Shown: positions 59,344-64,000 of the stretch, one piece after another | Layout: each line of letters opens with the position of its first letter | Numbering within the stretch: position 1 is the first letter of the stretch | NCBI RefSeq assembly: GCF_009914755.1 | Contig: NC_060944.1 | Strand: one strand, 5' to 3' | Length of the DNA stretch: 64,000 nucleotides | Origin: the human T2T-CHM13v2.0 reference genome, Homo sapiens | Notes under the pieces: model-generated | The model's input: only the letters and a program-made list of their open reading frames with translations | Told to the model about the DNA's origin: nothing | The model's database searches: none | Translations under genes and position numbers: made by a program

Positions 59344-59900
59344 CAGGGCTGCAACTAGTGAGAGAAGAGTGTAGATTCTGAAAAAAATTTAAGGGATACT
59401 AAAAAACTCATTAATCAAGATAAATATTTTCATGCAATGGTTTTTAAAAATTGCATTTTAAAAAATGCAAAGAATCCATAATGAACAATATTAAATTTTT
59501 AATTACTAATGTTCCGCTGAACCATATAGGAACCAGAGGGAAAAGAAAAAGGGTATACTTCTGTATGTGTGTTTCTATGTACTTTTAATTTTTTTTTTCT
59601 CGTGCAGAACATTAAAGTAGCTTAAAAATGTAAAATTGGATGTATTAAAACTCACAGCATTAGTTTAAATATTTTATTTATAACAAAGAATGTATTATAA
59701 TATTACTTTCCTGGCTCTGAAGAAAGCAAATTCATCAATAATATTTTCAAAATCTATTTCTTTGCTTCTCATTTTAGATTGTAAGAATTGTCACATTTGA
59801 CAATTTCTCTTTGAACAAGTAACAATCTTTTAAAGATCTTTTAATAATATTTTTAAGGCCAGGAGATCATACAGATATTTCTCACCTAAAACTTTAACAT
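59344..59900. mobile_element. hAT-Tip100 (Zaphod-like) fragment
   Basis: aaaatttaaggg...aaaaaactcattaatcaagataaata. Confidence 0.45.
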
Positions 59901-60154
59901 TATAAAATCTTTTCTTATTTAGTTTTAATTTTTTAAAACCTCCTTCTCAATATCACACTTCAAACCAAATTACACACAATGCAGTACACCATCAGCATCA
60001 AACAAGAAGCAAGAAAGAGAGAAACTCCCTCTGGGCTAATGGTATGCCAAGCCTGCTAGAAGAGGCCAGTGGAATACGAACAGAGAACTTCCTGGCACTA
60101 CAAGATCCACACTAAGCATGAGGAACCAGCATTCCACTAAAAAATTTGAAATTA

Positions 60155-61220
60155 ACATAAATTAGCTCAAAATGGATCAAAGACCTAAACTATAGAACTG
60201 CTATATGAAAACATAAAAGATCTTTGTGACTTTGGGTTAGGCAAACATGTGTTACACATGACATCAAAAGCACAATCCATAAAAGAAAAAACTGATTAAC
60301 TGGATTTCTTAAAAATTAAAAACTTCAACTTTTCCAAAGACACTATTAAGGGAATGAAAAGACAAGCCAGAAATGGGGAGAAAATATTTCCAAGGCATCA
60401 ATCTGAGATTTTTTTTAATGGGCAATAGATTTGAACTTCACCAAAGAAGACAAAGTAATGGCAAATAAGCACATAAAAAGATGCTTAAGATTATTATTAT
60501 TAGTCAATGAGATACCACTATCACTAAAATAAAAAGACTGATCATAACAAATGTTGAAGAGAACGTGGAGTAACTGGAGCTCTTATGTTGCTGGTAGGAA
60601 TATAAAATGGTACAACCACTTTGGAAAACAGTCTAGTAGTTAAACATACACTGTTACATGGTTCAGCCATTCCACTCCCAAGAGACAGGAAACCATATGT
60701 TCACACAAAGACGAGCATAAATGTTTATAGTAGCTTTACTTATAATAGCCCCAGATGCTAGAAACAATCCAAATGACCATCAATACCTGAATAAATTATG
60801 GAATTATGACATGTCCACACAATGGAATACTGTACTACTCAGAAATTAGAAGGAATGAACTATTAATTCATGAAATAATATAAATAAACCCTAAAATAAT
60901 TACGCCAAGTGAAAAAAGCCAAACAAAGAAGAGTACATACTTCATGATTCTACTTATGTAAGACTCTAGAAAACGCAAGCTAGTCTACAAGGGCCAGAAA
61001 AGCAGATCAGTGGTTGCCTAGGGACTGGGGGATGAGATGAGAAAAGATGGGAGAGCGGGATTACCAAGGGGGACGAGGAAACTTTCGGGGGTAGTACCTA
61101 TGTTCATTATCTTGATGGTAGTAATGATTTCATATATGTATACCTATGTCAAAACTTATCAAAATGTGCATTTTAAATATATGTAATTTACTGTGTATAA
61201 ATTGTTAACCACCCCCCATA
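60155..61220 (+). mobile_element. L1MC/L1MD-type 3' end
   Basis: tcaaaatggatcaaagacctaaa, tggtacaaccactttggaaaacag, agcagatcagtggttgcctaggg. Confidence 0.85.
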
Positions 61221-64000
61221 AATATTTTTTTTTTAATATAAGAAAAAAAGATCAGGCGACCTGGAAGTGATTGGGTCAAAGATCAGGAGAATGGAGGATG
61301 TGGTCAAGACAGAGATCAGTGTCTGAAGCCATTGAGGCACAGAGGATTGCGGTGGGGGTTGATGGGTAACTTGGCATGAAGGAAAAGGGCTAGGAGAGAA
61401 CAAAGCCATGGGGGATGGGGGGAAGGCAAGCGAGCAGGAGGTCAAAAGACATGGCAGCAACCAGGAGGTAGAAGATGGCATGTAAAAGGGACAGAGGTTT
61501 CCACAGAGGGAATGGTGGCTGATGTCTAGAATTGGCATGGGAGAAAAGAAAGACCATGATCTCACCCCCACTCCTGAGGGAGACAGAGGAGCTTCAGACA
61601 AAAGTCAGGTTTCAGATGGTCAGGGAGGTGAAAGAAAGAGGCTGAGGTTTCAGGGCTATTGTTTAACGCAAGAAGAGGACCCCCCCAGAGGGCAAAACAC
61701 AAAGAAGTGCCTGGGAGGGGAAGAAGCACAGAGCAGTAACGGTAAAAGCACCCTGAGAGGGCATGGAAAAACACCAGGTGAGTTGGCCCCTAAGCTACCA
61801 GGGGCATTAGTTCCAGACATCTCCTGCTGAACATGGAGGCAGGTGGGGTCCCTGATTTCACCCAGCCTGGCTGTGATGCACTTCTGAGGGAGTCCTGTGT
61901 GAAGTGCACAGGGAAACCCTGCTCTCTCAGGAAGAGTGAGGTATGGTATGGTCTGAATGAGGGGAGCAGGGAAAGCTGCCAGACTCAGGCTCCCAAGGAA
62001 AAGTTAGGACCCAGTGGGGAGTAGGGACCTTGAGAAATGAGACTGGTCAGAGGCTATGTTCACATCCCAGGCAATGTGGGGCCACTGGTTAGTCCCAGGC
62101 CCAAAGCCTGGAATACACTTAAAAAGCAAAAAACAAATTTTCAGCTTAGTTAGGCCTTTGGTTTTTACATTATGTATATAAAAAACCTAGGTGAACAAAC
62201 TAGATTTAATAATGACTCATAAAAAACATATGAGGTATTGCACATATGTGAATTTTCCAATAACTGAACCCCACCCCTTTAAACCTAGGGATTATTCATT
62301 TTTAACATTTTTTATATAAAACATCTCTAATACAAAATATATCCTTCTGCCTACCTGACAAATAATTATTGAGTTCGGGCACAGCACTGTACACTGAATG
62401 AGACAGGAAACTTGGTTTCTAGAGGCTCCAGAGCAGTAAGCCTTCTTAAAGTCAACACACATATAACTTAAGTCCTGTGTTGACGATGCGCAGCCTGCCC
62501 TTATACCAAATATCCCTGGTTTGCTGCCAGTGCGATTCTTTGCCATTGCCTCACTCTCTATCAGTTCTAATTATTGCCCAGAAATGAGATGTCAAGCAGT
62601 CACCTTTATCCACCATGATTTACTGGCCTAAAAAATGACTTCAGAAAAAATTTGATAAACAATTTTTTCTTTCGTAGTCAGTAATAGAAATTGACAAATA
62701 GTTGAGTTGTATATTAGTGTACAATGCAGAGCTCATGAGTATTGTGCCAACCACTCCCCTGGTCATCTTGCTGTACAAACATCACTTGAAGAAATACCTC
62801 CAGATGGAATAATGAACCCATGTTCATTTCACATTGCAAAACTTACGAGTTCAAATATGTTTCCTCATTCAACGATTTAAAGCAAGGAGCCAGCCATTAA
62901 AAACCAAAACAAAAACCGCAGATTATCCCTTCCCTTTAAAAGCAGTTTTAAGAAAAATAGAATGTCTCTGTTTTCTACAGACAAAATAAGATGACATGAT
63001 AAGAAACAGACTTCAAGCACTGTGGTGGTTGATGTTTCAAACTATTTTCTTCCTTCTCAGGATAAAATGTGGCTTTCGAGACTCATAGAATACAGCAGTT
63101 GCCCTTATTTTAGGTTTCTCTGCTTAGAGACACTGTCATTTGCAGTGTGGGACAAGAAGCATACCGCATCAGTGGTGTATAACTACAACTTCAAGGTTTT
63201 AACCCAACATTTTAGAATACCCTGTCCCCCACCAGCTGCAGTAACATTTAATTAGTAAGACATTAGTATAGGAGTGTCCTCCCTAGTAGGTAAGGAATAT
63301 TTGCTACCTAGAATATCAGACACTGGTTGGTGAGAAGGCCCCTCCTTGCCCAAGACTCAGAAGTTTTGTAAAAGTCAGGATGCCAATGCTGAGGACATAT
63401 TTAAAGCATATTCCTTTCCTTTGATACCTGGTATTTCCCTATAGTTTCTAAGTTTCTACAACAACTCAGTCAAGACCCGGACTGACTAATGGTAACAGTT
63501 TTAAAAATCCAAATAAACTGGAAATAATTCAATAGGTACAGTGAGGTATATATGTATATAATTACAAATCCATAATCTCTTATGGACCATTTCAAAATCC
63601 AAAAGATTATAGGAAAACTGAAGTTCTTCTGTGTAAGTCATTAGTGGACAGAACCTAATCTGAATTCATATGCCTGCAACACCCGAATAAGGCTATCTTG
63701 TGTGTAGATATTCCACTAATGGTACATATTCTTATCTTAAGCTATAGAAATAATAACTTGCTTAGTTGGGGCCGGGAGGAGAAGGCGCTGCCCAGGCCAC
63801 TGGAAGTGTTATGTTAAGATTGTCTTGATGTTCTAATTTATTTGCTTCATTGTACATCAACGCACCACATTGTCATTCTAAAATCTGAAAATGCCTGATT
63901 CCAAAGCACATCTAGTAAAGATCACTGTAGAAGCGATGTGGACCTGTGTCAACACCAATTTCCACCCAATATGATTATTATGCAAAAATATATTTGTCTG

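Overview
Human-type (primate; Alu/L1/MIR-rich) genomic DNA lying entirely inside RALGAPA2 (Ral GTPase-activating protein catalytic subunit alpha-2, AS250/C20orf74), which runs on the - strand. Fourteen canonical coding exons (about exons 5-18, about aa 110-813) were rebuilt by hand. All have GT-AG boundaries and join into one continuous frame (GSTLKKLL...KREHEGIT) carrying the Akt/PKB sites S486, S696 and T715. Exon and residue numbers rely on my recollection of the four upstream exons, which are outside the window. The rest is intron: 17 Alus, old L1/L2/MIR fragments, DNA-transposon MITEs, MaLR LTRs and microsatellites. There is no promoter, CpG island, RNA gene or second gene, and almost all listed ORFs are repeat-derived or chance. 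I see no wholly new biological system. The most interesting structure is splicing potential in intron 16: a 141-nt in-frame cassette exon, a strong cryptic acceptor fused to a UG repeat with a downstream AATAAA (TDP-43-type architecture), a candidate alternative last exon, two CTCF motifs and inverted Alus. There is also a (UG)20 abutting the exon 10 donor and a recursive-splice-type AG|GT start on exon 13. Repeat subfamilies and boundaries are by eye and approximate.
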